64,000 bases of DNA from Rhodospirillaceae bacterium (GTDB lineage Bacteria; Pseudomonadota; Alphaproteobacteria; UBA6615): assembly GCA_018702955.1 (NCBI GenBank), contig JABJEK010000038.1:128002-192001 (forward strand), written 5' to 3'. The stretch's first letter is position 1, and every line of letters starts with the position of its first letter. Under the pieces are notes generated by a model, which saw nothing but the letters and a program-made list of their open reading frames with translations, was not told where the DNA came from and made no database searches. Of this stretch, positions 33,466-43,241 are shown piece by piece. Made by a program: the position numbers and the translations under genes.

Positions 33466-34191
33466 CTAGCGGCTATTGGCTGCAGCATCGAAGCTGTCGA
33501 AATCGACCAACGTGCCAAGCATTTGCATGTAGGCGATAAGCGCATCCAGCTCGGTGATCTTGCCGGCCTCGCCGTCGAAGACCCGCGCCTGGGCTTTCGG
33601 ATAACGGGCCAGCAACGCATCCACATCGCCCTCATCGGGGTTCGCCTGCGCTTCGACATCGGCAACTGCGTTGGCGATCATTTCGTCGGTGTAGGGCACG
33701 CCAACGGTGCGGTTGGCCTCAAGATGTCCGGCCATATTCTCGTAATCGAGGCGGTTCGTCGCGAGGAACGGATAGCCCGGCATGATAGATTCCGGCACGA
33801 TCGAACGCGGGTCGATCATGTGAGTCGCGTGCCACTCGTCGGAGTATCTGCCACCGACGCGCGCCAAGTCCGGCCCGGTGCGCTTGGACCCCCATTGGAA
33901 CGGATGGTCGTACATGGATTCCGCCGCGAGGCTGTAGTGGCCATAACGCTCCACTTCATCGCGCAAAGAACGGATCTGCTGGCTGTGACAGGCATAGCAA
34001 CCCTCGCGGATGTAGATGTTACGCCCCGCGAGTTCGAGCGGCGAATAGGGCCGCACGCCGCGGACTTTCTCGACCGTGCTGTCGAGCCAGTAGAGCGGTG
34101 CGATTTCCACCAGGCCTCCGATCGCGACGACGACGAGAATACCGATGAGCAGGACGAACGAGTTTTTCTCGATAAAGGAATGTTTGATCAT
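33466..34191 (-). CDS. ccoO: cbb3 oxidase subunit II, monohaem cytochrome c
   Basis: 241 aa, CYACHSQ. Confidence 0.9.
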   Translation of the reverse strand: MIKHSFIEKNSFVLLIGILVVVAIGGLVEIAPLYWLDSTVEKVRGVRPYSPLELAGRNIYIREGCYACHSQQIRSLRDEVERYGHYSLAAESMYDHPFQWGSKRTGPDLARVGGRYSDEWHATHMIDPRSIVPESIMPGYPFLATNRLDYENMAGHLEANRTVGVPYTDEMIANAVADVEAQANPDEGDVDALLARYPKAQARVFDGEAGKITELDALIAYMQMLGTLVDFDSFDAAANSR

Positions 34192-34200
34192 GTTCGTCTC

Positions 34201-35811
34201 CTACGCCCGCGCTGCGGCCGTACCGGCCATGGGTGCCTCGGCGCGCACCTCGCCCCGGATCGTTCTCCAGAGGTTGTAGATCATCACCAACATCCCGATG
34301 ACGAACAACAGGCCGCCCACCGCGCGGATGACGTAGAAGGGATGCATCGCCTCGACGGTCTCGATGAACGAGAATTCAAGGAAGCCGAGATTGTCATAGG
34401 CGCGCCACATCAACCCCTGCAGGATTCCCGACACCCACATCGCGGTGATGTAGAGGACGATCCCGATGGAAGAAATCCAGAAGTGGACGTTGACCAGCCG
34501 CAGAGAATAAAGCCGCGCCTGCCCCCAAAGCGGTGGCACGAGGAAGTAGATCGCGGCGAAGCTGATATAGGCCACCCAGCCAAGAGCACCGGAATGTACA
34601 TGGCCGATTGTCCAGTCGGTGTAATGGCTCAGCGCGTTCACCGTGCGAATGGCCATCAGCGGCCCCTCGAAGGTGCTCATGCCGTAAAATGCCAGTGACA
34701 CGACCATGAAGCGGATCAGCGGATCGGTTCGGATCTTGTCCCAAGCGCCCGACAGGGTCATCAGGCCATTCACCATGCCGCCCCATGACGGCATCCAGAG
34801 CATCACCGAGAAGACCATCCCGAGGGTCTGGGCCCAGTCCGGCAGCGCTGTGAAATGCAGATGATGCGGCCCGGCCCAGATATAAAGGAAGATGAGCGAC
34901 CAGAAATGGACGATCGACAGCCGGTACGAGAAGATCGGTCGTCCTGCCTGCTTGGGCAGGAAATAGTACATCATGCCCAGAAAACCGGCGGTTAGAAAGA
35001 AACCCACGGCATTGTGCCCGTACCACCACTGGGTCAGCGCATCCTGAACGCCCGCCCAGGCAATATAGCTCTTGGAACCCATGAGGCTCACCGGCACCGT
35101 CGCATTATTAATCAGATGCAGCATCGCAACCGTGACGATGAAGGCGAGGTAGAACCAGTTGGCGACGTAAATATGCGGCTCGCGGCGCTTCCACAGCGTG
35201 GCCAGGAAGACCAACAGATAGGTCACCCAGACAATCGTTAGCCACAGATCGATATACCATTCGGGCTCGGCATATTCCTTGGACTGGGTGATCCCCAGCA
35301 GGTAGCCCGTGGCCGCCAGGACGATGAAGAGCTGGTAGCCCCAGAAAACGAACCAGGGCGCCAGCTCACCGGCCAGCCGCGCGCGGCAGGTGCGCTGCAC
35401 GACATAGAACGACGACATGATCAGGACGTTGCCGCCGAAGGCGAAGATCACTGCCGAGGTATGCAATGGGCGTAGCCGGCCGAAATTCAGCCACGCAGTG
35501 TCGAAGTTCAGGACCGGGAATGCCAGCTGCAGGGCGAGGGTCAGGCCAACAAGGAACCCGACCAGCCCCCAGAAGACGGACGCGATCGCACCGGCACGGA
35601 CAACGCCGTCATTGTAATCGATACGGTCCGACCCGCCGGCCGGGCTGACCTTAGGTTCGTAAATTCTGTTGATCAGGAAAAACACGGCGATGATGGCTGC
35701 CCCGGCGAAGAGCATCGCGTGTATCCGCATCCCTTCATCCGCTGCGCCCGCCGCAACGCCCAGTCCCAGCGCAGCCGCAATCCCGAGCCCAAAGAGTGCA
35801 AGTCCGTTCAT
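34201..35811 (-). CDS. ccoN: cbb3 oxidase subunit I
   Basis: ATG at 35809-35811 ([15 protein letters not shown]...). Twelve or more TM helices, haem-copper oxidase His ligands. Confidence 0.9.
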   Translation of the reverse strand: MNGLALFGLGIAAALGLGVAAGAADEGMRIHAMLFAGAAIIAVFFLINRIYEPKVSPAGGSDRIDYNDGVVRAGAIASVFWGLVGFLVGLTLALQLAFPVLNFDTAWLNFGRLRPLHTSAVIFAFGGNVLIMSSFYVVQRTCRARLAGELAPWFVFWGYQLFIVLAATGYLLGITQSKEYAEPEWYIDLWLTIVWVTYLLVFLATLWKRREPHIYVANWFYLAFIVTVAMLHLINNATVPVSLMGSKSYIAWAGVQDALTQWWYGHNAVGFFLTAGFLGMMYYFLPKQAGRPIFSYRLSIVHFWSLIFLYIWAGPHHLHFTALPDWAQTLGMVFSVMLWMPSWGGMVNGLMTLSGAWDKIRTDPLIRFMVVSLAFYGMSTFEGPLMAIRTVNALSHYTDWTIGHVHSGALGWVAYISFAAIYFLVPPLWGQARLYSLRLVNVHFWISSIGIVLYITAMWVSGILQGLMWRAYDNLGFLEFSFIETVEAMHPFYVIRAVGGLLFVIGMLVMIYNLWRTIRGEVRAEAPMAGTAAARA

Positions 35812-35898
35812 CGTGTCGCCCCTAAAATCATTCAACGTCAAACCCGCCAAACAGCACGGCTTTCACCCTGCTTGTTGCAGGCGCGAAGCCGCATCGCG

Positions 35899-35912
35899 TT
35901 GACGTATGTCAA
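35899..35912. promoter_or_regulatory. FNR/FixK box TTGACgtatGTCAA upstream of ccoN
   Basis: Perfect TTGA-N6-TCAA palindrome about 90-100 bp upstream of the ccoN ATG. This is the expected position for anaerobox control of ccoNOQP. Confidence 0.55.
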
Positions 35913-36000
35913 TCAACTATCAAAGTTAGGTTAAATGCCGGTCCGAAGCCGCCGCAACGTCTAGCCTTTGAACTCGTACATCGCCCAATTTTTATCGAGC

Positions 36001-36951
36001 CTAATTGTGACTGGGGGCTTCGAAGTTCTCGATGAAGTCGTCCGGAACTTCGGGGCCCCAAAGCGAGAATGCTCTCTCTTCGGGCCAGTCACGTGCTTCC
36101 CAGTCATAATCCGCCGGGATGTAGTCAATGTCGGAGAAAAACTCGATCAGCCCGTTCCACGGATCGCGCAGATAGTGGAAGAAGTTCGAACCGACGACAT
36201 GACGCCCGAAGCCCCAGTTGCTGCTGTGACCCTTATCGATCATGCGCAACGCATTCAGGTTGAGCTGATCCACGTTCGCCATCTCGAAACTGGCATGGTG
36301 CAGCCCCGGGGCACTCGATTTCGCGAGCGCAATGACGTGATGATCGCTGCCGCCCGCGAGATGCATGAACGCCACACCCGGCCCGATCCGATCTGAAACC
36401 CGCATACCGAGCAAGCGCGTATAGAAATCGATCTTCTTTTCCACATCCGTCGTGAATTGAAGCACATGCCCCAGACGGCGGGGATTGATCTCGACCTCGT
36501 CCCGGAAGACCGGCGCGGCGCGCGGGCCCGGGCGATCAAAATGTCCCGGCGTGTTCGTCGGCCATCCTTCCCGCCCCGCAACGGCATCGGGGCCACCGCG
36601 CGAAGATGCGGCATCGGCGATCTTGATGTTGACGTAAATTCCGTCCGGGTCCTTCACCCACAGTCCGTCATCCGGGCTTTCGCTCGGCGCGTCCATCAGG
36701 GCGCAACCATCGGCTTCGAGGTTGGCCTTGATCTCCGCGAGCCCCTCCTCGGTGGTGCCGAAGCAGACATGATGAAGCTTCTTGCGATCGCCCTGGATCA
36801 GGCGAATCTGGTCTTGGTCGCGTCCCACGCAACGAACGGCACCCATGCCGTCGCGTTCAAATGTATCCAGGCCCGCGTCCCCATAAAACGACACGCCGGT
36901 CGCGATATCGGGCACGGTCAGTCCTATATGCTGAAGATTCGTCACAGTCAT
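36001..36951 (-). CDS. two-domain VOC-family protein (glyoxalase/extradiol-dioxygenase fold)
   Basis: ATG at 36949-36951 with GGGAGG SD (MTVTNLQHIGLTVPDIATGVSFY...). Second module RLGHVLQFTTDVEKKIDFYTRLLGMRVSDR. Confidence 0.75.
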   Translation of the reverse strand: MTVTNLQHIGLTVPDIATGVSFYGDAGLDTFERDGMGAVRCVGRDQDQIRLIQGDRKKLHHVCFGTTEEGLAEIKANLEADGCALMDAPSESPDDGLWVKDPDGIYVNIKIADAASSRGGPDAVAGREGWPTNTPGHFDRPGPRAAPVFRDEVEINPRRLGHVLQFTTDVEKKIDFYTRLLGMRVSDRIGPGVAFMHLAGGSDHHVIALAKSSAPGLHHASFEMANVDQLNLNALRMIDKGHSSNWGFGRHVVGSNFFHYLRDPWNGLIEFFSDIDYIPADYDWEARDWPEERAFSLWGPEVPDDFIENFEAPSHN

Positions 36952-37062
36952 GGCAGCCTCCCACTCCATACGGTTCGGTATGGGAATACTTGCAGTCCAC
37001 CGCCGCTGACGGCATTGATGCAGGTCAACACCGCCAGCGCCTGCATAAAGGTTCGATTTCAA

Positions 37063-37698
37063 ATGAAAGCCGTCATCATCCCCGTCACCGCGTTCCAGCA
37101 AAACTGCTCTGTGCTGTGGTGTACCGAAACAAACAAGGCCGCGGTCGTCGATCCGGGCGGCGAGATCGAGCGGATTAATGCCGCGATCGAGGAACAAGGG
37201 GTCGAGGTCGAGAAGATTCTGCTGACCCATGGCCATATCGATCATGCCGGGGCGGCGGCCGACCTGTCGGAACAACTCGGGGTTCCCATCGAGGGACCGC
37301 ATATCGAGGACAAATTCTGGATCGAGCAACTCGCCGAACAGGGCGCGCGGTTTGGCGTCGAGGCCGGCCGTCCTTTCACGCCGTCACGCTGGCTCGATCA
37401 GGGTGACAGCGTCACCGTCGGCAACCTCACATTCGAGGTGCGTTTCTGCCCCGGCCACACGCCGGGCCACATCATCTTCTTCGAGCCGGTCTCGCGCATC
37501 GCCTTCGTCGGAGATGTGCTGTTTCAAGGCTCGATCGGCCGCACCGACTTACCCGGCGGCGACCAGGACACACTGCTCAACTCGATCCGTGAGCAGCTCT
37601 GGCCACTGGGTGATGACGTGACTTTTGTACCGGGACATGGCGGCGCATCGACCTTGGGCCACGAGCGGGAAACCAATCCCTTCGTCCGCGAGGCCTGA
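37063..37698 (+). CDS. MBL-fold metallo-hydrolase (glyoxalase II-like)
   Basis: ATG at 37063 (MKAVIIPVTAFQQNCSVLW...). LLTHGHIDHAG motif. Confidence 0.8.
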   Translation: MKAVIIPVTAFQQNCSVLWCTETNKAAVVDPGGEIERINAAIEEQGVEVEKILLTHGHIDHAGAAADLSEQLGVPIEGPHIEDKFWIEQLAEQGARFGVEAGRPFTPSRWLDQGDSVTVGNLTFEVRFCPGHTPGHIIFFEPVSRIAFVGDVLFQGSIGRTDLPGGDQDTLLNSIREQLWPLGDDVTFVPGHGGASTLGHERETNPFVREA

Positions 37699-37720
37699 TC
37701 TCCGCGAGACCTGATAGCCG

Positions 37721-38653
37721 CTAGCGGTTCTGGGTGATCGGCTCGGTCCGCGGCGTGAAGAAGTCCGGCAATTCGCTCTCTTCCAGACCCTCATACAGGC
37801 AGTGCTTCTTCGGATGCGCCGCATACTGTTCGTCGGGCGACGCGTCCATTGCCGGCGTAGTCGGAATGCAGCCCGCGCAATAGGCCTTGATGGTGCGCAG
37901 CGGTGGTTCACCCTTGATCGATTCATAGAGTTCGACCGCCGCGTCGATCTTGTCCTGCTCCGCCTCCGCGACCAGGACCACGGAACCCTCGGAGCCCATG
38001 GCGCCGCCGCCGCCGACATGGGTGACATCTTCTATTCCAAACAGGATCTGCAGAGCTTGGACTTCCGTCACCACGGTGGCGTTGGTCACCGGCATCATCC
38101 CCGTACGCTGGCCGGCATGATAATGGAACGTGTCCTGACCCATATGGCGGGCGGCCTCGGTCACCGACGGGATCAGCTTTTCCAACCCCAGCGGGATAAT
38201 CAGATGCCCCCCACGCGCCATCATGATCCCCATCGCAAAGCCGATCGTGCCGCAGCCCGGATGGGCACAGAACACGCCGGCATTGAATTCCGGATCGACC
38301 GCGTTCCCACCCTTGATGAAGACACTCGTGTCGTCGAAATTCTTGAGCATCTCGTCCATGCGCGGAGCCGGCGGCGTCAGCTCTCCCTTCACCAGATGGA
38401 TGATCGGCGGCTTCTCCTCGGGCTGGGTCTGGCACAGCACGTTGTTGATCACCTGGCCTGAAAGATAAAATTGCTTGTTGGGCACTTCACCCATGATCTC
38501 CTCGGCAACGAACACGTTGGTGGATCCATGGGCGATGATCATTTCACCATTGGCATGGGCATTCCGGACAACCGGAAGCGCCGCGACGGCTTTTCCGATG
38601 ATCCGGCGACCTTCCCAGGGGGTGAACACAAACGACGCGCGCACTTTGCTCAT
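37721..38653 (-). CDS. conserved hypothetical protein with a C-terminal Cys-rich tail (CAGC...C), family not recognised
   Basis: 310-aa segment from ATG 38651-38653 (MSKVRASFVFTPWEGRRIIG...) is protein-like and non-repetitive. The upstream part of the 772-aa ORF is antisense shadow of 38828..40712. Confidence 0.5.
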   Translation of the reverse strand: MSKVRASFVFTPWEGRRIIGKAVAALPVVRNAHANGEMIIAHGSTNVFVAEEIMGEVPNKQFYLSGQVINNVLCQTQPEEKPPIIHLVKGELTPPAPRMDEMLKNFDDTSVFIKGGNAVDPEFNAGVFCAHPGCGTIGFAMGIMMARGGHLIIPLGLEKLIPSVTEAARHMGQDTFHYHAGQRTGMMPVTNATVVTEVQALQILFGIEDVTHVGGGGAMGSEGSVVLVAEAEQDKIDAAVELYESIKGEPPLRTIKAYCAGCIPTTPAMDASPDEQYAAHPKKHCLYEGLEESELPDFFTPRTEPITQNR

Positions 38654-38827
38654 TCTCTTGTTCCTGCTGACGAATATGCGACCGGACCCGGCCATTGATC
38701 GGGCATAATTATTACCATGAATTGATATCGGATTCCGCGTCGAAGACTTCCTTCTCATTCCGCGAGCGCGTAACGTCACGGCCTCACCAGATAGCGGCCC
38801 TCGCGCCTTGAGTATGGAGAATTTGCA

Positions 38828-39763
38828 ATGAAAATTGGTCTTTGCGGCACCGGAAACATGGGTGCGGCCATGGGCAAACGGCTCATGGAAAAGAAACACA
38901 AGCTCACGGTCTGGAATCGGACCACGCGCAAAACCAAACCACTGGTTGACGCCGGCGCTGCTCGCGTCGGAACGCCTGCGGATCTGTTCGAAAGCAATGA
39001 CGTGGTGATCAGCATCACCATCGACGACAAGGCCGTGAAATCCATTTACGAAGGTCGCGGCGGCCTGCTTTCGGGCAACCTCAAGGGCAAGCTCGTGATC
39101 GAGATGAGCACGCTCATGCCGGAGACCACGCGCCGGCTCGAAAAACAGGTGAAAGCGGCCGGCGGCGCATTCGTGGAATGCCCGGTGGGTGGATCGACGG
39201 CCCCGGCCCTGTCCGGCAACCTGATCGGCATGGTCGGCAGCACACCCGCCGCCTTCAAACGCGCCAGGCCGATTCTCGATCATCTTTGCCGCCGGGTCGA
39301 CCGGGTAGGCACGGTCGGTGCCGGCACCACCATGAAGCTCGCCATCAACCTGCCGCTGCTGGCTTACTGGGAAGCGCTCGGAGAAGCACTTTCTCTGACA
39401 CAAACCGCCGGCATCAAGCGCGAACTGGCTGCGGATATCCTGGCGGATTCGAGCGGCGCGGCAAAAGTCGCCCCGGCACGCCTGCCCTGGATTGTCGACG
39501 CGATCGGAGGAAAATTCCCCAAGGTCGCACCGTTCGAGATGACCGGCGGTGCCAAGGATGCAGCCCAGATGGTGGCACTCGCACGCGCCAACGGTTTCGA
39601 CGTGCCGGTGATCGACGCCACGCGCAAGGCCTACAAGGAAGCCGCCAGCGGCGCCTGGGGTGCGCGTGATTTCGCACTCCTGACGGCCTGGCGTGTCGCC
39701 CAGAGCAAGAAGCGCAAACCGGCGGCATCGAAAGCCAAAACGAAAGCCAAGAAGCGACGTTGA
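38828..39763 (+). CDS. NAD(P)-binding beta-hydroxyacid dehydrogenase (3-hydroxyisobutyrate dehydrogenase family) with a Lys-rich C-terminal tail
   Basis: MKIGLCGTGNMGAAMGKRL Rossmann motif. The ~30-aa KKRKPAASKAKTKAKKRR tail is unusual. Confidence 0.85.
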   Translation: MKIGLCGTGNMGAAMGKRLMEKKHKLTVWNRTTRKTKPLVDAGAARVGTPADLFESNDVVISITIDDKAVKSIYEGRGGLLSGNLKGKLVIEMSTLMPETTRRLEKQVKAAGGAFVECPVGGSTAPALSGNLIGMVGSTPAAFKRARPILDHLCRRVDRVGTVGAGTTMKLAINLPLLAYWEALGEALSLTQTAGIKRELAADILADSSGAAKVAPARLPWIVDAIGGKFPKVAPFEMTGGAKDAAQMVALARANGFDVPVIDATRKAYKEAASGAWGARDFALLTAWRVAQSKKRKPAASKAKTKAKKRR

Positions 39764-39827
39764 TTTGGGGCCGATCCAGCATATCTCCATGACCGGATCA
39801 GCACCCCAAAAAATTGCGAGAACGAAC

Positions 39828-40712
39828 ATGACGGATGCCACCAACAACGTGATCGAACATGTGATCAAGCCGCGCACGCGTGACATCGGTGGCTTCACGG
39901 TGGCGCGCGTGTTGCCGTACGCCAAGCGGCGCTCGGTCGGCCCGTTTATCTTTTTCGACCGGATGGGACCGGCAGAGTTCGCACCGGGCGAAGGCATCGA
40001 TGTACGCCCCCATCCCCATATCGGGCTGGCCACCGTCACCTATCTGTTCGACGGCGAAATCATGCATCGCGACGACCTTGGCTACGAGCAGTCGATCCGG
40101 CCCGGCGACGTGAACTGGATGACGGCCGGCCGCGGCATCGTGCATTCCGAGCGCACCCGCGACGAGATCCGCGACGCGCACACGACCATGTTCGGAATCC
40201 AGTCCTGGATCGCCTTGCCGAAAGATCAGGAAGAGAGCGAGCCGGGCTTCTTCCATCATCCCGCCGCAACCCTGCCGGAGATTTCACGTGAAGGGGTCGA
40301 GATGCGGCTGATCGCCGGCACCGCCTATGGCGAGACCTCACCGGTCGTGACGGTATCACCGATGTTTTACCTTGATGTCCGCATGGCGACCGGGGCCAGT
40401 CTGGCGGTCACCGAAGAACACGAAGAGCGCGCGGTCTATGTGGTCGAAGGCAATATTTCGATCAACGGTGACGCCCATGACGCGGGCGAGATGCTGGTCC
40501 TCGCGCCCGACGCGAACGTGACGGTGGACGCCGACAGCCAGGCGCGCGTGATGCTACTTGGCGGCGCACCGATCGACGGTGAAAGGCACCTCTGGTGGAA
40601 CTTCGTCTCCAGCTCGAAGGAACGAATCGAGCAGGCCAAGGCGGATTGGAAAGAAGGCCGCTTCGGCAAGATTGCGGGTGATGACGAGTTCATCCCGCTG
40701 CCCGAGAAGTAA
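39828..40712 (+). CDS. pirin-family protein (bicupin)
   Basis: HPHIGLATVTYLFDGEIMHRDDLG...MTAGRGIVHSE. Alternative ATG at 39789. Confidence 0.85.
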   Translation: MTDATNNVIEHVIKPRTRDIGGFTVARVLPYAKRRSVGPFIFFDRMGPAEFAPGEGIDVRPHPHIGLATVTYLFDGEIMHRDDLGYEQSIRPGDVNWMTAGRGIVHSERTRDEIRDAHTTMFGIQSWIALPKDQEESEPGFFHHPAATLPEISREGVEMRLIAGTAYGETSPVVTVSPMFYLDVRMATGASLAVTEEHEERAVYVVEGNISINGDAHDAGEMLVLAPDANVTVDADSQARVMLLGGAPIDGERHLWWNFVSSSKERIEQAKADWKEGRFGKIAGDDEFIPLPEK

Positions 40713-40716
40713 ACAA

Positions 40717-41730
40717 ATGGCTGCTTATCCCATCGTCATCACCATGGGCGACCCCGCCGGGGTCGGCCCCGAGGTCATCTGCAAGGCACTCGCCGCGCTG
40801 CCGGAGAGCGAACGTGCGGGCATCGCGGTCATTGGTTCCCGGCCCATACTCGAACGCGCCGACGCACTATGCGAAACGGGCCTGAGATTTGCGGACGAAG
40901 ACGGCAACGAACATGCCATCCAGTTGATCGACATTCCGACCGACGGCGTCGAAGATGCGCCCGCCGCCAAAATTTCGGCCGCCGGGGGCAACGCCGCCTA
41001 CACCTACATCGTGCGCGCTGCAGAGATGGCCAAAGCGGGTGACGCGGGCTGCATAGTGACGGCCCCCATCAACAAGGCGTCCCTGAACGCCGCAGGGCAT
41101 CATTATGACGGGCACACCGGCCTGCTCAGCCATCTGGCGGGCGACATCAAGCCGTTCATGCTGTTGTCCTCCCCGACGCTTTCAACAATCCACGTCTCGG
41201 CCCATGTCTCGATGGCCGACGCCATCCGCCGCTGCACGAAGGACAACGTGCTCGACGTGATCCGCGCGGGCGACGGCCACTTCAAGCGGCTCGGGATCGC
41301 CAAACCGCGCATCGCCGTGGCCGGGCTCAACCCCCATTGCGGCGAGGGCGGCATGTTTGGCGATGAGGACGACCGTGAGGTCGCGCCTGCCGTCGCCGCC
41401 GCGCAAGCCGAGGGCATCGACGCAACCGGGCCGTTATCCGGCGACACGGTCTTTGCCCGCGCCAACCAGGGCGAGTTCGATCTGGTGGTCGCCCAATATC
41501 ACGACCAGGGGCACGCGACGGTGAAGCTTATCGCCTTCGACACCGCGATCAACGTGACGGTTGGGTTGCCGTTCGATCGCTGCTCGGTCGATCACGGCAC
41601 CGCATTCGACATCGCCTGGACGGGCGAAGTCGACCACACGAACATGCTGGCAGCGATCAGCTACGGACGGCGGCTGGCGACCGCGCGCCTCGAATTAAAT
41701 CGTCACCCCACGAACCGATTGACCGCATGA
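40717..41730 (+). CDS. PdxA-family NAD-dependent 4-hydroxythreonine-4-phosphate dehydrogenase / PdxA2-like
   Basis: ATG at 40717 (MAAYPIVITMGDPAGVGPEV...). GLNPHCGEGG, AQYHDQG. Confidence 0.85.
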   Translation: MAAYPIVITMGDPAGVGPEVICKALAALPESERAGIAVIGSRPILERADALCETGLRFADEDGNEHAIQLIDIPTDGVEDAPAAKISAAGGNAAYTYIVRAAEMAKAGDAGCIVTAPINKASLNAAGHHYDGHTGLLSHLAGDIKPFMLLSSPTLSTIHVSAHVSMADAIRRCTKDNVLDVIRAGDGHFKRLGIAKPRIAVAGLNPHCGEGGMFGDEDDREVAPAVAAAQAEGIDATGPLSGDTVFARANQGEFDLVVAQYHDQGHATVKLIAFDTAINVTVGLPFDRCSVDHGTAFDIAWTGEVDHTNMLAAISYGRRLATARLELNRHPTNRLTA

Positions 41731-43196
41731 TCCTGCGCCGCGAAGCCGGCGCAGAACGGGCCCACATGCACGGCGAGGCTCTCGACCCGCTCCCGCGCGG
41801 CCACCCGGGCCGGTTCCTGGCGCGCCACAGCCACCTCGACGTCTGCACGCAGTTTTTCCATATCCACGGTCGTCACGCGGCCGTCCTCGACGACCATGCG
41901 TCCGTCGATCATCACCTCGCGCACCCCGCCGCTGTTCTCGGCGAAGACGATCTGGTTGACCGGGTCGTTGAGGGGCACATAGCTCACATTGCCGAGGTCG
42001 AGCATGACGATGTCGGCCTTGTAGCCGGGTGCAATACGCCCGATCTCGCCCTCCCAACCCAGTGCCTTCGCGCCGGCTTCGGTTGCCATTTCAAGCGCCT
42101 GCGCGCTTTCCAGCCATTGTTCATAATCCGGGCCCTGGACCCGCGACAGGGTACAGGCGAGCCGCGTCGCCTCGAACATGTTGAGGGCGTCGGCGCAGGT
42201 GCAAGTGTCTGTGCCGATGGCGACGTTGATTCCGGCATCGCGCATCGCAACCGTCGCCGCGACCCCGGACCCCAGCCGGAGATTGCTCATCGGGTTGTGG
42301 GACACGGACACGCCCCGGTCGGCCAGCAAGTGCATGTCGTCGGTAGACAGCCAGATGGCGTGTGCGGCGACCATGTTCGGGCCGAGCACGCCTTGCGCAT
42401 CGAGAAAGGCCGTCAGGCTCATGCCGTACAGCTCCTGGCTCGCCACGGCCTGCACTTTTGATTCCGCCAGATGGGTCTGCATCAAAACGCCATACTCGCG
42501 CGCCAGGTCGCGGCACCCCTGCCAGAAGGTCTCGTCACAATGATGAGGAATGGTCGGCCCCAAACCCAGCTTTACCCGCGCCGGGTCGTGGGGCCAGTTA
42601 TGCAGCGCGTCACGGCAGGTCTCAAGCGACGTCGCACCCGGGCCCGCCTGCAGACCGTCAGCGACCGTCTTCATCTCCTCGGGCAACACATCATACAGAC
42701 CGGGGATGGCCTGCCAGAGACCGCGCGTGGACATCATCGGCGCCACGACAGCGCGCATGCCGACGTCCATGTATGCCTGACCGGCAGCCTCAAGTCCCTC
42801 GCGTGACGGGGCCGGTCCTTCCGCAAACATATCGAGACATGCGGTACACCCCCCGAGAACAAGTTCACAGGCCGTCAGCTTCGCGGCGAGACACTTGTCC
42901 TCCTGGGTAAAGCCGGCCCCGGTCCAGGGATGGGCGTTAAGCAACAGCTCAAGGGTCCAGCGGTCTCCCATGCCCTTCGCAAGACTTGAGTTGCCATGGG
43001 TGTGACCGTTCACCAATCCGGGCATGAGCAGCCGGTCGGCGGCATCGATCTCAATCGCACCTTCGGGTGCGCCAAGCCCGCCGGAAGCGATCTCGACAAT
43101 CGCGTTGCCCTTGATCAGAACGTCGGCGAATTCGGCCGTGCGGGCGTCAATGTCGAGCAACCGCCCGCCGCGGATGATTTGGAACTCGTCAGGCAT
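41703..43196 (-). CDS. amidohydrolase-family enzyme (chlorohydrolase/deaminase subfamily)
   Basis: 497 aa. LLMPGLVNGHTHGNSS metal-binding motif, HLAES, internal HxxE-D. Confidence 0.85.
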   Translation of the reverse strand: MPDEFQIIRGGRLLDIDARTAEFADVLIKGNAIVEIASGGLGAPEGAIEIDAADRLLMPGLVNGHTHGNSSLAKGMGDRWTLELLLNAHPWTGAGFTQEDKCLAAKLTACELVLGGCTACLDMFAEGPAPSREGLEAAGQAYMDVGMRAVVAPMMSTRGLWQAIPGLYDVLPEEMKTVADGLQAGPGATSLETCRDALHNWPHDPARVKLGLGPTIPHHCDETFWQGCRDLAREYGVLMQTHLAESKVQAVASQELYGMSLTAFLDAQGVLGPNMVAAHAIWLSTDDMHLLADRGVSVSHNPMSNLRLGSGVAATVAMRDAGINVAIGTDTCTCADALNMFEATRLACTLSRVQGPDYEQWLESAQALEMATEAGAKALGWEGEIGRIAPGYKADIVMLDLGNVSYVPLNDPVNQIVFAENSGGVREVMIDGRMVVEDGRVTTVDMEKLRADVEVAVARQEPARVAARERVESLAVHVGPFCAGFAAQDHAVNRFVG

Positions 43197-43241
43197 TTGC
43201 GATGTCCCTTTTGTTGATCAGGAACACAGCTTAGCGCGAAA

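Noticed and set aside
37721-40039. 772-aa minus-strand ORF treated as a single large protein
   Set aside because: Only the C-terminal 310 aa (from ATG 38653) look protein-like. The upstream part overlaps the well-supported plus-strand dehydrogenase and pirin genes and has Arg/Gly-rich shadow composition.
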